Assembly (NCBI GenBank): GCA_016210055.1
Contig: JACQUZ010000155.1
Coordinates: forward strand, 5,633-69,632
Direction of reading: 5' to 3'
Length of the DNA: 64,000 nt
Source of the DNA: Deltaproteobacteria bacterium
GTDB taxonomy: Bacteria > Myxococcota_A > Polyangia > Haliangiales > SHYZ01
Translations under genes and position numbers: made by a program
The notes under the pieces: generated by a model
The model's database searches: none
Told to the model about the DNA's origin: nothing
Seen by the model: only the letters and a program-made list of their open reading frames with translations
Shown here: in pieces, positions 1 to 8,856 of the stretch
Numbering within the stretch: the first letter of the stretch is position 1
Layout of the letters: each line of letters opens with the position of its first letter

Positions 1-55
1 GCTCCGCCCGCTCGACCCTACCCGCTCAGCCAACCCTGGTGTACCTTTCCTTGCC

Positions 56-1075
56 ATGACGCGAATCGAGACCCCGCTCACGCGCCACGTGGGAACCGAG
101 GTTCCCATCATTTGCGGCGCCATGTACCCCTGCTCCAATCCCGAGCTCATCGCCGCTGTTTCCAAGGCTGGCGCGGTGGGCATTATCCAGCCCATCTCGA
201 TGAGCTTTGTCCACGGCGTGGACCTCCGCGCCGGGATCAGGCGGATCCGGGCCATCACCGACAAGCCCATCGGCTTCAACGCCATCGTCGAAAAGACCTC
301 GAAGATCTACGAGGAACGGATGCGCGCCTGGGTCGATATCGCGCTCGAAGAAGGGGTGCGCTTCTTCGTCACTGCCCTCGGCAAGCCACGGTGGGTGGTG
401 GAGAAAGTCCACGCCGCGGGGGGGATCGTTTACCACGACGTAACCGAACGCAGGTGGGCCGAGAGAGCCCTCGAAGAAGGCGTTGATGGGCTCATTTGCG
501 TCAACGACCGCGCCGGTGGGCATGCGGGCCGCCTCACGCCCCGCGCGCTCTACGAAAGCATGGCCGACCTCAAGGTGCCCCTCGTTTGCGCCGGAGGAAT
601 CGGCGACGAGCGCGCGTTCATCGAAGCCCTCTCCATGGGCTATGCGGGGGTCCAAATGGGGACGCGCTTCATTGCCACGACGGAGTGCAACGCGCATGAG
701 GACTACAAGCGCGCCATTGTCCAGGCACGCGCCGAGGACATTGTCCTCACCGAGAAGCTCTCCGGCGTCCCGGCGGCGGTGATCAAGACGAGGCACGTGG
801 AGCGGATGGGGACCAAGGCAGGCTTTGTTGCCAAGCGCCTGCTTCGCCACCCCAGGGCGAAGCACTGGATGCGCACGTACTACGCTGTCAAGTCGATTTG
901 GCAGCTAAAGCGGGCGTCAATCAAGGGCACGGCCTATAAGGATTACTTCCAGGCCGGCAAGAGCGTGGCAGGGATTCATGGGGTGGAGCCCGTGGGGGAG
1001 ATCATTCGCCGGTTCGCGAATGCCGCAAGTCAGGACAGGGCGCCCTGCGCAGAGAGGATTGGAGCAAGTCACTAG
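56..1075 (+). CDS. Nitronate monooxygenase / 2-nitropropane dioxygenase family (FabK-like) FMN oxidoreductase
   Basis: 339-aa ORF. NMO-family segments are present in the translation: PIICGAMYPCSNPELIAAVSKAGAVG near the N-terminus and CAGGIGDERAFIEALSMGYAGVQMGTRFIAT (FMN-binding region). The antisense ORF 26..865 is treated as a GC shadow. Confidence 0.85.
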   Translation: MTRIETPLTRHVGTEVPIICGAMYPCSNPELIAAVSKAGAVGIIQPISMSFVHGVDLRAGIRRIRAITDKPIGFNAIVEKTSKIYEERMRAWVDIALEEGVRFFVTALGKPRWVVEKVHAAGGIVYHDVTERRWAERALEEGVDGLICVNDRAGGHAGRLTPRALYESMADLKVPLVCAGGIGDERAFIEALSMGYAGVQMGTRFIATTECNAHEDYKRAIVQARAEDIVLTEKLSGVPAAVIKTRHVERMGTKAGFVAKRLLRHPRAKHWMRTYYAVKSIWQLKRASIKGTAYKDYFQAGKSVAGIHGVEPVGEIIRRFANAASQDRAPCAERIGASH

Positions 1076-1081
1076 CGCCGG

Positions 1082-1738
1082 TTAGTTGATCGCGTTGCCA
1101 ATGGCAGCGCCCACGCAGGCTCCGCAAACCACGGCTCCGGCAAAACTAGGGAACGTGGCGCAGGCACCAAGCGTCACCCACCAGGGGCAGTTCGGGATTT
1201 TCGAGGCAAATGACGAGCAGATCTGACCATCCTCGGTCGCTGTGCACATGTTCGTACCTAGATCGGCCAGGTTGCTGCCCAGGACCGGGTCGTTCAGGAC
1301 CGCCTGCAGGACCTCCATCTCGCGCGTGAGCTCGCGGGGGAACTCGCCGCTTAGCACCTCGACGCCAGCCTCGCTGAACCTGACCCGGACCTTCTCGACG
1401 GTCCCGACGATAACCGCCAGCTCTTGTCCTTCACGCCGCACCACGAGGGGTGCGTCCGAGCTATCGAGCTGGATAGAGGACTCCTGGGTCCCGGCCGACT
1501 CCACACCACGCACGGTCCCGATCTCGACGCCCGAGAAATCGCGCAAGTGGATAAACGTCTCGGCTCCCGCGTAGATTTCATAGCTCCCAATCCCCAGGGC
1601 CCTCGGCTTCTCACCAGAAGCCACGATGACCGACTGCTCTGTGGACGCGCCTTCCGTGGAAGGGGCCTGGTCGGAGGCACATCCCCCGAATGCGAACGCA
1701 GCGACCAACATCGAAGAGAGCGAGAGTAGCTTTTTCAT
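1082..1738 (-). CDS. Hypothetical lipoprotein with a Cys-rich, Gly/Ala-rich hydrophobic C-terminal tail
   Basis: The start is moved to the internal ATG (1738), giving MKKLLSLSSMLVAAFAFGGCASDQ, a signal peptide with a lipobox-like FGGC. The C-terminus is CTATEDGQICSSFASKIPNCPWWVTLGACATFPSFAGAVVCGACVGAAIGNAIN. I recognise no family. Confidence 0.6.
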   Translation of the reverse strand: MKKLLSLSSMLVAAFAFGGCASDQAPSTEGASTEQSVIVASGEKPRALGIGSYEIYAGAETFIHLRDFSGVEIGTVRGVESAGTQESSIQLDSSDAPLVVRREGQELAVIVGTVEKVRVRFSEAGVEVLSGEFPRELTREMEVLQAVLNDPVLGSNLADLGTNMCTATEDGQICSSFASKIPNCPWWVTLGACATFPSFAGAVVCGACVGAAIGNAIN

Positions 1739-1795
1739 GGCGGTCCTTTTCTTTTTTCTAATGAGTTGTCCCAATTGTCCGTGATTAGCCTAAAG

Positions 1796-2002
1796 CTAGA
1801 AATAAACACCGCAGCAGCGCCGAATGCCCTGGGTCACGCTGACGCAGTCGCCGCACGCATAGCCGCCGCACTTGGTATAGCCTTCGCTTGGCCCCTTGGG
1901 CCAGGCGATGGCGCCCCCATTCAAGTCGGCGAGCTGCGCGTCCGAGAGATACTTGATGGTTTCCTTGTTCAGGCTCAGCTTCTTGGTGGTCTTGTTCGAC
2001 AT
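1796..2002 (-). CDS. Double-glycine (GG) leader peptide with Cys-rich core; putative bacteriocin/RiPP precursor
   Basis: 68 aa: MSNKTTKKLSLNKETIKYLSDAQLADLNGG | AIAWPKGPSEGYTKCGGYACGDCVSVTQGIRRCCGVYF. The leader matches the bacteriocin-type double-glycine pattern (LS-x2-EL/QL-x2-(I/L)-x-GG). The 38-aa core has 5 Cys. A strong SD lies upstream on the minus strand (ccaatAGGAGAaacgtcATG). Confidence 0.6.
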   Translation of the reverse strand: MSNKTTKKLSLNKETIKYLSDAQLADLNGGAIAWPKGPSEGYTKCGGYACGDCVSVTQGIRRCCGVYF

Positions 2003-2189
2003 GACGTTTCTCCTATTGGGGCGCTCAGTTTCGCCCGCGTTGGCCGGGGCGTATTGCAGCGGGCGTGCCTATCCCGAGCGCCTTGCAAGGTTCCGAAACT
2101 GCGATAAAACGCCGCGTGACGCTGACCGGGGACTGACACGGTGCCACTGTGTTGACCGCAGGGAATGAGTCAGAGGAGAGACGTAGTTT

Positions 2190-3290
2190 TCAAATCCACC
2201 GCAGGTCCAGGTAAGGCCGCGCGGTGGCGGCGGCTCCAAGCGGTGGGGCTTCCGCCCACTCGAGGAGATCCACGTCGGAGACGAACGACTGGAAGGGAAT
2301 CCCTTTCATCGCCGGGCGCAATGGGTCATCCCCGGCAAAGCCCACGTGGATCATGTGGACCCCGGTCCCGAGGAGGTCGTCGTGGAGGACGGCCAGGAGG
2401 TCCCGCAGGATTGCTGGATCCCCGCTCGGTACAGCCACGCGCGTCGTGGTCACTGTGCGGAAGGATTCGCCAGGCCGTGGAAGGGGAGCCGAGCGCCGCA
2501 GCCAAAGGCGGGCTGCGCGGTGGGCCAAGCGAATCGCGTGTCCCCTGGGGGAGAAGCCGAGGACGGTGGTTCGGCGCACGGCGCCCGCGTCCCAGGCCCC
2601 CATGACCCCGACGAGCTCCGAACCCACGTGAGCGAGATAGAAATCCCCAACCGAGAACCCTGGAAGACGCCGGACGTCGTCCGAGAGATCCTCGTCGGTG
2701 CAAGCGGGCGCGAAGAGCCGCCCCTCGTAGGCACGGGCCATTAGCTTGGCCATGGCGGGGAGATCCTCCACTTGGGCACGCCGCACCTTGCAGCGCCTCG
2801 GCTCTCCCAGAGGGCGGAGCACGAGGACGTTCGCTGCTTCGAAGGCACACAACCTGCGGACTCGGATGCTCGGAATGGCCAACCGATCCATCACTTGCCT
2901 GGCCGACGTGTTCCCCCTCTTCACCAGGCAGAAGCCGAGGGCAAGCGACCGCGGATCCACGGCGATGGCATGGGCGGCAGCGCGTTCTGTGAACCTGTGC
3001 CCGCGCTCGCTAGGAAGTACCCGCGCGTCCCCGCCGTAATAGAACGCACCCCACCCGGCGCCTGTATAGCCTCGTGCCCACCCGAAAAGAAAATAGGCGC
3101 AAAGCTCATCGTCGCGAAATCCGCCGAGGTACAGGTGCCGATCAAACACGGCGTCGGGCCAGCCAAAGAAGCATGGGGCCCGATCGAAGAAGAAAGTGAA
3201 GTCCGCTCGGATCGGGCACGCGCGGTTGATCTCGCGCATTCTGCCCTCGAGGCTCCTATCAAGCAGCCTGATTGCGAGCGCATCCCTCAT
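2190..3290 (-). CDS. Putative GNAT-fold acyltransferase (two-lobed), function unknown
   Basis: 366-aa ORF whose ATG overlaps the stop of the upstream DUF3419 gene (3287..3290). It carries weak GNAT-like segments (FYLAHVGSELVGVMGAWD; PSERGHRFTERAAAHAI). The family assignment is tentative. Confidence 0.55.
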   Translation of the reverse strand: MRDALAIRLLDRSLEGRMREINRACPIRADFTFFFDRAPCFFGWPDAVFDRHLYLGGFRDDELCAYFLFGWARGYTGAGWGAFYYGGDARVLPSERGHRFTERAAAHAIAVDPRSLALGFCLVKRGNTSARQVMDRLAIPSIRVRRLCAFEAANVLVLRPLGEPRRCKVRRAQVEDLPAMAKLMARAYEGRLFAPACTDEDLSDDVRRLPGFSVGDFYLAHVGSELVGVMGAWDAGAVRRTTVLGFSPRGHAIRLAHRAARLWLRRSAPLPRPGESFRTVTTTRVAVPSGDPAILRDLLAVLHDDLLGTGVHMIHVGFAGDDPLRPAMKGIPFQSFVSDVDLLEWAEAPPLGAAATARPYLDLRWI

Positions 3291-4384
3291 GGGATACGAC
3301 GCCGCGCCACGCTGGCGGGCACCACCTGGTAAAAGGGGAAGCGGTCTCTTTGGGTCAGCTCACGACCAAGGGCATCATCCACGCACACCGTCTCGCGGAG
3401 GCGCTCGGGTAAAGGACGGTTCACGTGGATGTAACGCCACGCGACCCGCCCCCCGTCGGGCATGCGGGTGGCCACGGCGTCCAAGAGGTCACCCCACTGC
3501 TCCTGAGAAAGCCAGTCGGGAAGATTCGAAAGCTGGACCTTTTGGAATGTCCCGACGGGCTCGCGCTTGAGGCACTGGCCGATATCCTCGTGCCTGAGGT
3601 CCAAGCAACCAGGCCGCGCGCGGAGGGTCTCGACCCCCGCACGAGAAAGATAGAATGGGCACGCGTCGGCGCTCGTCAGGCGACCGAGGAGGGACAGCGC
3701 CAAGAGTGGGTTGTCGGAAGCCAAGTGCCCCGTGCACAGCTTGCGAAACTGCTCGAAGAACTGATCGCCGAGTGGGACCTGCGAGTCGCGGTACTTAAGC
3801 GACCTCGGGTCCATCCCACGCTTGCGAAACAGGCGAGGATGGAACACCAGGCGGAAGACGCGCCGCAAGGATGGACGGGCAATCTCGCGGTCGAAGTGAG
3901 CGCACTGCTCCTCGAGGGTGGAGGCACGAAAAAGGCCCTCGAGCCTGCGCGACCCCACGAGCGGGCCAAAAGCCCTTCGCACGAGGCCCATGTAGCGCTC
4001 GTACCGGCCCGCCCAAATGACCCCTTTCTTGACAGCACTCTCGTGGCGCGTCCAGAACGCGCGTGCATCGTCGGACACGAGCGGCAGGACCTGGCGAAGC
4101 TGCTTCTTCCTCGCGGCGCCGCTGCATGGCACGTATCCGAGAAACCGCAGGGCATCCTCACGCAAGAGCGCCCGCACCGCCGCGAGCTTGAGCTCGACGA
4201 GAAAGAGCTGGGGCTTGCTCGTGTCCACGGCGACCACCCGGCTCGCCCCGAGCGCGAGGAGCGAAAGGGGCATCTCCCCGGCGCTGGCCACGCACAGGAT
4301 GTGGTCGCGGTCGCACAGCTTGAGCGCCCGTGCCTCGGTGCGCTCGTCCTCCTGGGACAGTCCAAAGTTGTAAAGGGCGCTCAC
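3287..4384 (-). CDS. DUF3419 / BtaA-like protein (family of S-adenosylmethionine:diacylglycerol 3-amino-3-carboxypropyl transferase)
   Basis: 365 aa. The N-terminal block LYNFGLSQEDERTEARALKL...ILCVASAGEMPLSLLALGASRVVAVDTSKPQLFLVELKLAAVRAL matches the conserved DUF3419/BtaA N-terminus (a SAM-binding Rossmann-like motif followed by the LELKLAA helix). There are 4-nt overlaps with both neighbouring genes. Confidence 0.8.
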   Translation of the reverse strand: MSALYNFGLSQEDERTEARALKLCDRDHILCVASAGEMPLSLLALGASRVVAVDTSKPQLFLVELKLAAVRALLREDALRFLGYVPCSGAARKKQLRQVLPLVSDDARAFWTRHESAVKKGVIWAGRYERYMGLVRRAFGPLVGSRRLEGLFRASTLEEQCAHFDREIARPSLRRVFRLVFHPRLFRKRGMDPRSLKYRDSQVPLGDQFFEQFRKLCTGHLASDNPLLALSLLGRLTSADACPFYLSRAGVETLRARPGCLDLRHEDIGQCLKREPVGTFQKVQLSNLPDWLSQEQWGDLLDAVATRMPDGGRVAWRYIHVNRPLPERLRETVCVDDALGRELTQRDRFPFYQVVPASVARRRIP

Positions 4385-7300
4385 TCCTCCTTGGATACCA
4401 TGGAAGCCGCGGAGGCCCTAAACCCGCCCCCGCCCAGCGCGGCGTAGAACCCAAGCCGCTCCCCGAGCGCATCGAGGGCTGCCACGCTTTGCGGATCGAT
4501 GTCGCCGACGAGCCTCAGGTCACGCGTCTCCTCGGGCGCGAGGCCGAGCAGCATGACCTCGGCGGCGCAGCAGAACGTGCTCCCCTCTGGAGTGTGAGAG
4601 CTCACGACGAAATCCGGCGCAGAAGGAACCGCGACGGTGCCAGCAAAAGGAACTACCCGCACGTTCGGCATGCCTTGTACCAGCGGCGACACGGCGCTCG
4701 GGACCGAGACGTCGGCAATAAGGACCGGGTGCCCTGTGGCCAGGTGGTGTGGAAACACCAGGGGCTCATTGGTGCTCGTGGCCACGGTCACCACGTGGCA
4801 GGCGCGAAGCAGGTGCAAGTCCGTGCCCACCTGGACGTCAATGGCGCCGCCTGCCCCTCTGCCCACCTCGGAGAGCACCTGGTCTCTCAAGGCCGCGAGC
4901 CGCCGCTGGTCGCGGCCGAGGAGCACCACGCGGCCAGGCCGCGGCAAGCCCGTGACGAGCTTGTGCACGAGCGCAGACCCGATGTTCCCCGTGGCACCGA
5001 CGACGCCCAGCACCGCGTCGCCCACGGCCACGCCCATGCCCGCGCATGCGCCTTGCAGGCGACGGGCCGCTACCGCGACGGTGAAGCTGTTCCCCGACGT
5101 AATTCGCACCCCATCTGGTGGAAGCAACGCCAACCCATCGCGCGCGAGGATGCTCGTGTACCCGCCCAGCGCCACGTGACCGCAGCCGAGAGACGCAGCC
5201 AGGTTGACCGCGTCCTGGAGCCGCTCGGTCTCTAGGTAGCGGTAGTTGCGGCGGAGCCTTTCCTCCAAGAACGCAGCGTCGGCTGGAATAACGATGGATA
5301 CAAACCAGAGTCGCCCGCCGAACAGGTTTCGCGAGAAACCCAGGATGGGCTTGAGCTCGAGGAACGTGGTGAGCCTTTGGAATAGCGCCCGCAAGGCGCC
5401 CCGCCCCAGGGCGGCGAGGGACGGCTCGGCCATGGCGATTTCCCGCTCCGGCAGGGCGAAGTGCGAAATGAAGGCCACTCGCGCGGCGCCCTCGGCAGGT
5501 CGCTCCACCCGCCCCGAGAACCTTGGAAGCGCCTGCGCTGGGAAACGATCTTGCTCGGCGAGATCCTCGCGCGGAAGAATGCCGCGGAGCAAGACGCCCA
5601 GGTCACGGCGAACGAGCACATCGCAAAGTCCCCGGAGTGCGTTCACAAGCTGATCCTGCCCATGGCTATCGAGGAATGCGCTCGGTTGAATTCGAAGGGT
5701 GCTCGGCGCCGACAAGGTCGGCAGGATACGGACGTGATGCTCGTGAAGGAGGAACGCGGAAGCCACGGCCCCCAGGAGGTCATGCGTCTCGAGGGCCCGA
5801 AGAACCAGCGAGTCCTCGGTAGCCTTCGGTGCAAGCTTGATCCCGAGAAGAAGCCCCCGACCCGAGACCCGCTCGATCACGTCAGGGTATTCGTGCGCCA
5901 GGCCGACGAGCGCAGCCTTTAGCGCCTCGCCACGTTCCCTCGCCCTCCTGGGAATGTCCTCCCTTTCGATGACATCTAGCACCCGGCGCGCCACGCGGCA
6001 GGAAAACGGGTCGCCCCCAAAGGTCGACGAGTAGTGCTCGTCAAAGCGATCCAAGTAGCGGCTCCGCTCCACGAGCAGCGCCGAGATCTTGGCCGCACCT
6101 CCCCCGAGCGCCTTGCCAAAAAGATAGTAATGCCCACGCACCCCCTCGGAGGCGAGGAAGGTCCCCACCCGGCCGAGGCCGCTCTGGATCTCATCCAAAA
6201 TGAGCGGGAACTCGTACCCGCCGAGCCTTGCGAGCAGGCGAGGATCGATCTCGGTCACCCCGCCCTCCCCCTGGATGGGTTCGGCGATCGCCGCCACGAC
6301 ATTCACGAAGGAGAGCGTTCCCAAGGCCGCGCCATGACCACGTGGAACGAGGATGGGCACGCAGGCCGTGTACTCGCAAACAAGGGCGTCGAGGTCAATC
6401 TCCCCGCTCCTCGGCACGAACCGGGTCTCGATCCCCATGAGGCTCTCGTAGGGCGCCCGCTTGCGCGCATTTCCCAAGACGGCCCTTGCTCCCAAGGAAT
6501 GGCCATGAAACGCCCCTTCCAAGGCAATGAGCGCCAGCCTCGACGCCCCCAGGATCCGCTCGGCCTCCGCCAGGCAGTGCGAGACGAGCTCGGGCTGGGC
6601 GCCCCCAAAACGCCGCTTCTGGTCTCGGGCGATCCTCCGCCAGCGCTCGTTTCGCTCGAGCGCCGCGTGGGAGATGGCCATCTCCACCGCCTCCGACCCG
6701 GTTGAACCGAAACGCACGACGTAGGCTTGTCCGGTGGTCTCCGCGACCTTCAGGGCGAGCTTCCTGGCCAGCTCGCCCTGCTCGGGACGCGCAGCCCCTT
6801 GGTCCCAGAAAAGAACCGAGTCGTCTTCCAGGGCCGCGGATGCCGCTTCTCGCACGGCCTCATGCGAATGGCCGAGCAAGTTGCCACCGAAGCCACCGAC
6901 GGCGTCGAGGACCTCGATCGGACGACTACCGTCGAGAAAAACGAGGCGATCCCCCTTTCCCGACACGTAGTGCTTGTCCATGCGCGTCGAGCGAAGAAGC
7001 GCCCCACGGCGTGGGCTCGCGAGCCGCACGTGGGTGGGCTGGAAGAAATGCTCTTCAGGCAAGAGCACGATGCCTGCACGCTTGGAGTAGGGCCCGCACA
7101 GGTTCGCGAGCAATGGGCCATAACGCCTATCAATCTCACTTCGGACGACCGACCCTTTTCGCGTGCGGGGAACCTGGTCGCGAACGCAGGCGAACCGCTT
7201 GATCGTGAGGTGGCGAAACTCGAATTCCTCGAGGGAATCCAGGAAATGCTCGTGCCTGGCCTCGAGCTGGCCTTGCACTGATGAAAGGATCGCCCGGGCG

Positions 7301-8856
7301 GTCACGAGGCATCCCGCCTCGGGCGCATGCTCGCCCAAGAGAAACACCAGGGCCGCAAGCCCTGGCTCCTCGCGCAGCGGGAAGCACTCCACATGAGCGA
7401 CGGGCGGCATGAGCCCCCCGTACAGCTCCTCCAAGCGGCCTCGCGATACCTTGACGCCAAAGCTGTCCTTGACGAAGTCCCCCTTCGCCCGGGCAAAGTA
7501 CTTGAGCCCCGCCTTCGACTTCACGACGAGATCGCCCGTATCCATGAATCCACCGGGGCCCGGGAAGTTCCCGCCCTGAGCGGCGCTATCTTCGTGGGCA
7601 AGATAGCCGAGCGAGGCGAATGGAGATCGGGCCCACAAGCGAAACACGCCCTCACCTTGGGAGGGTTCTGGCGCGAGTCCCAGCTCCACCCCGGGAAGCG
7701 GCGACCCGAGACTCCCAGGCTCGTGGGGACCTCCGACAAGCGTGCAGGCGATCATCTGAGTCTCGGTAGTGCCAAGCGCGTTTTCCAAGGGGAGGCCGAG
7801 GGCGACGTGGAGCCGCTTGGCCAAGCTTCCGTCGTAGGGCGCACCATTCGAGACAAGGCACTTGAGATCCTGGAAGCAGGTCTCCTTGAGCTGGGGGAAG
7901 ACCCGCGCGAGCTCGAGGAGCGCGCGATACGTGGCAGGACCAGCGAGCACGTGCTCTGGCCGCATCTCGAGAAGCAGGTCACGCACCCGACCAGGATGCT
8001 CGATCACTCTCTCGGGAGTCAGGAGGCACAAGGGCTTGCGCGTCCACAGCGCATTCCAGAGCGCGCGCACGCCCATGGAATGACCGAGGAGGAGGCTCAG
8101 ACCACGGTTTCCGAGTCGATCTTCACCGAGAAGCCCGGCCGCCTCCCAGCTCGCCGCGCTGCGAAGAAACGCCCCTTGTGCATAGCGAACGAGCCTCGCG
8201 CGGCCGGACGTCCCCGAGGTCGTCAGGAGCAATGCCTCCGTCTCGGCCGAAGTCGCTCCCATGAGGGTGGCAATGAGCGGATCGCTCGCGGGCGGGCTCT
8301 CCTCGTGCGTCTCGACAGCCCGTGCTCCCAGGTTCAAGTCCCCCTGCAAGCAAAGGGCAGGGATGCCGAGCGTGCGAGCCATGGCACGCAGGCGCCCAAG
8401 AAGCGCAAGATCTGCCTCGTGCTTCACGAGGTCTTCCACCTCGTGAGCATTCCAAAGAAGGAGCTTGCTTCCCGACGCCTTGAGCCAGGCTTCGAGGCGG
8501 TCGCACTCGATGTACATGGGAAGGAATACCCGCACCCCCCACGCAGAGAGCGCCACGAGCGACAAGGCGACGAGCGTTTCACTCGTGCGTGGCAGCCTGA
8601 GGACGCACACCGTGTCTCCCGGCTTCACTCCGCGGCGCGAAAGATCGGCAATGAGGCCAAGCGTCGCGTGCCGAAGTGCACGCAGGGATACACGCACGCC
8701 CCCCTCGTCAATGGTGCCCATGATGACGGGCTCAGCATCTGACCCGCCATCCGCGCGACCGAACAAAAGGTCGGCGAAATTCTGGAACCTGAGCAAGCAA
8801 GGCGCCGCGCCACCGGGCGACCGGATCACTTCGAACACCTCTAGAGAACGCGGCAT
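4381..8856 (-). CDS. Three-domain fusion enzyme: AMP-dependent acyl ligase + class-III (PLP) aminotransferase + acyl-ACP-reductase (AAR)-like NAD(P) domain
   Basis: 1491 aa. N-terminal third: AMP-binding core motif LLLTTSGTSGRARLV and a later GDLV...KG adenylation-type segment. Middle: class-III aminotransferase motifs (GSTGSEAVEMAI, LILDEIQSGLGRVG, FGKALGGGAAKIS with the PLP Lys). C-terminal about 340 aa align by eye with cyanobacterial acyl-ACP reductase: VAFISHF vs FGLIGHL, ALGGYTSIL vs ALGGFTSII, ITSGNSFTVAV vs FTTGNTHTAYV, VVGATGNIGSALV vs VVGATGDIGSAV, FCCAAEVMLL vs FACFAEAMLL (catalytic Cys). No phosphopantetheine carrier motif was noticed. Confidence 0.85.
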   Translation of the reverse strand: MPRSLEVFEVIRSPGGAAPCLLRFQNFADLLFGRADGGSDAEPVIMGTIDEGGVRVSLRALRHATLGLIADLSRRGVKPGDTVCVLRLPRTSETLVALSLVALSAWGVRVFLPMYIECDRLEAWLKASGSKLLLWNAHEVEDLVKHEADLALLGRLRAMARTLGIPALCLQGDLNLGARAVETHEESPPASDPLIATLMGATSAETEALLLTTSGTSGRARLVRYAQGAFLRSAASWEAAGLLGEDRLGNRGLSLLLGHSMGVRALWNALWTRKPLCLLTPERVIEHPGRVRDLLLEMRPEHVLAGPATYRALLELARVFPQLKETCFQDLKCLVSNGAPYDGSLAKRLHVALGLPLENALGTTETQMIACTLVGGPHEPGSLGSPLPGVELGLAPEPSQGEGVFRLWARSPFASLGYLAHEDSAAQGGNFPGPGGFMDTGDLVVKSKAGLKYFARAKGDFVKDSFGVKVSRGRLEELYGGLMPPVAHVECFPLREEPGLAALVFLLGEHAPEAGCLVTARAILSSVQGQLEARHEHFLDSLEEFEFRHLTIKRFACVRDQVPRTRKGSVVRSEIDRRYGPLLANLCGPYSKRAGIVLLPEEHFFQPTHVRLASPRRGALLRSTRMDKHYVSGKGDRLVFLDGSRPIEVLDAVGGFGGNLLGHSHEAVREAASAALEDDSVLFWDQGAARPEQGELARKLALKVAETTGQAYVVRFGSTGSEAVEMAISHAALERNERWRRIARDQKRRFGGAQPELVSHCLAEAERILGASRLALIALEGAFHGHSLGARAVLGNARKRAPYESLMGIETRFVPRSGEIDLDALVCEYTACVPILVPRGHGAALGTLSFVNVVAAIAEPIQGEGGVTEIDPRLLARLGGYEFPLILDEIQSGLGRVGTFLASEGVRGHYYLFGKALGGGAAKISALLVERSRYLDRFDEHYSSTFGGDPFSCRVARRVLDVIEREDIPRRARERGEALKAALVGLAHEYPDVIERVSGRGLLLGIKLAPKATEDSLVLRALETHDLLGAVASAFLLHEHHVRILPTLSAPSTLRIQPSAFLDSHGQDQLVNALRGLCDVLVRRDLGVLLRGILPREDLAEQDRFPAQALPRFSGRVERPAEGAARVAFISHFALPEREIAMAEPSLAALGRGALRALFQRLTTFLELKPILGFSRNLFGGRLWFVSIVIPADAAFLEERLRRNYRYLETERLQDAVNLAASLGCGHVALGGYTSILARDGLALLPPDGVRITSGNSFTVAVAARRLQGACAGMGVAVGDAVLGVVGATGNIGSALVHKLVTGLPRPGRVVLLGRDQRRLAALRDQVLSEVGRGAGGAIDVQVGTDLHLLRACHVVTVATSTNEPLVFPHHLATGHPVLIADVSVPSAVSPLVQGMPNVRVVPFAGTVAVPSAPDFVVSSHTPEGSTFCCAAEVMLLGLAPEETRDLRLVGDIDPQSVAALDALGERLGFYAALGGGGFRASAASMVSKEE

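Noticed and set aside
26-865. Long antisense or overlapping ORFs in the six-frame track. Examples: 26..865(-), 3425..4447(+), 4330..5235(+), 7327..8742(+), 11426..12856(-), 18346..20256(-), 23149..24069(-), 25689..26693(-), 52506..53435(-), 62406..63416(-).
   Set aside because: Each lies opposite or out of frame to a gene with clear family motifs. Their translations are Arg/Pro/Gly/Ala-rich low-complexity strings, typical of stop-free shadow frames in high-GC DNA. None shows a recognisable motif or a plausible SD.
2040-2062. TGGCCGGGGCGTATTGCA upstream region resembling a sigma-54 -24/-12 promoter near the GG-leader peptide gene
   Set aside because: It is on the plus strand, where no gene lies downstream. 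The GG-to-GC spacing is 2 nt longer than the consensus.
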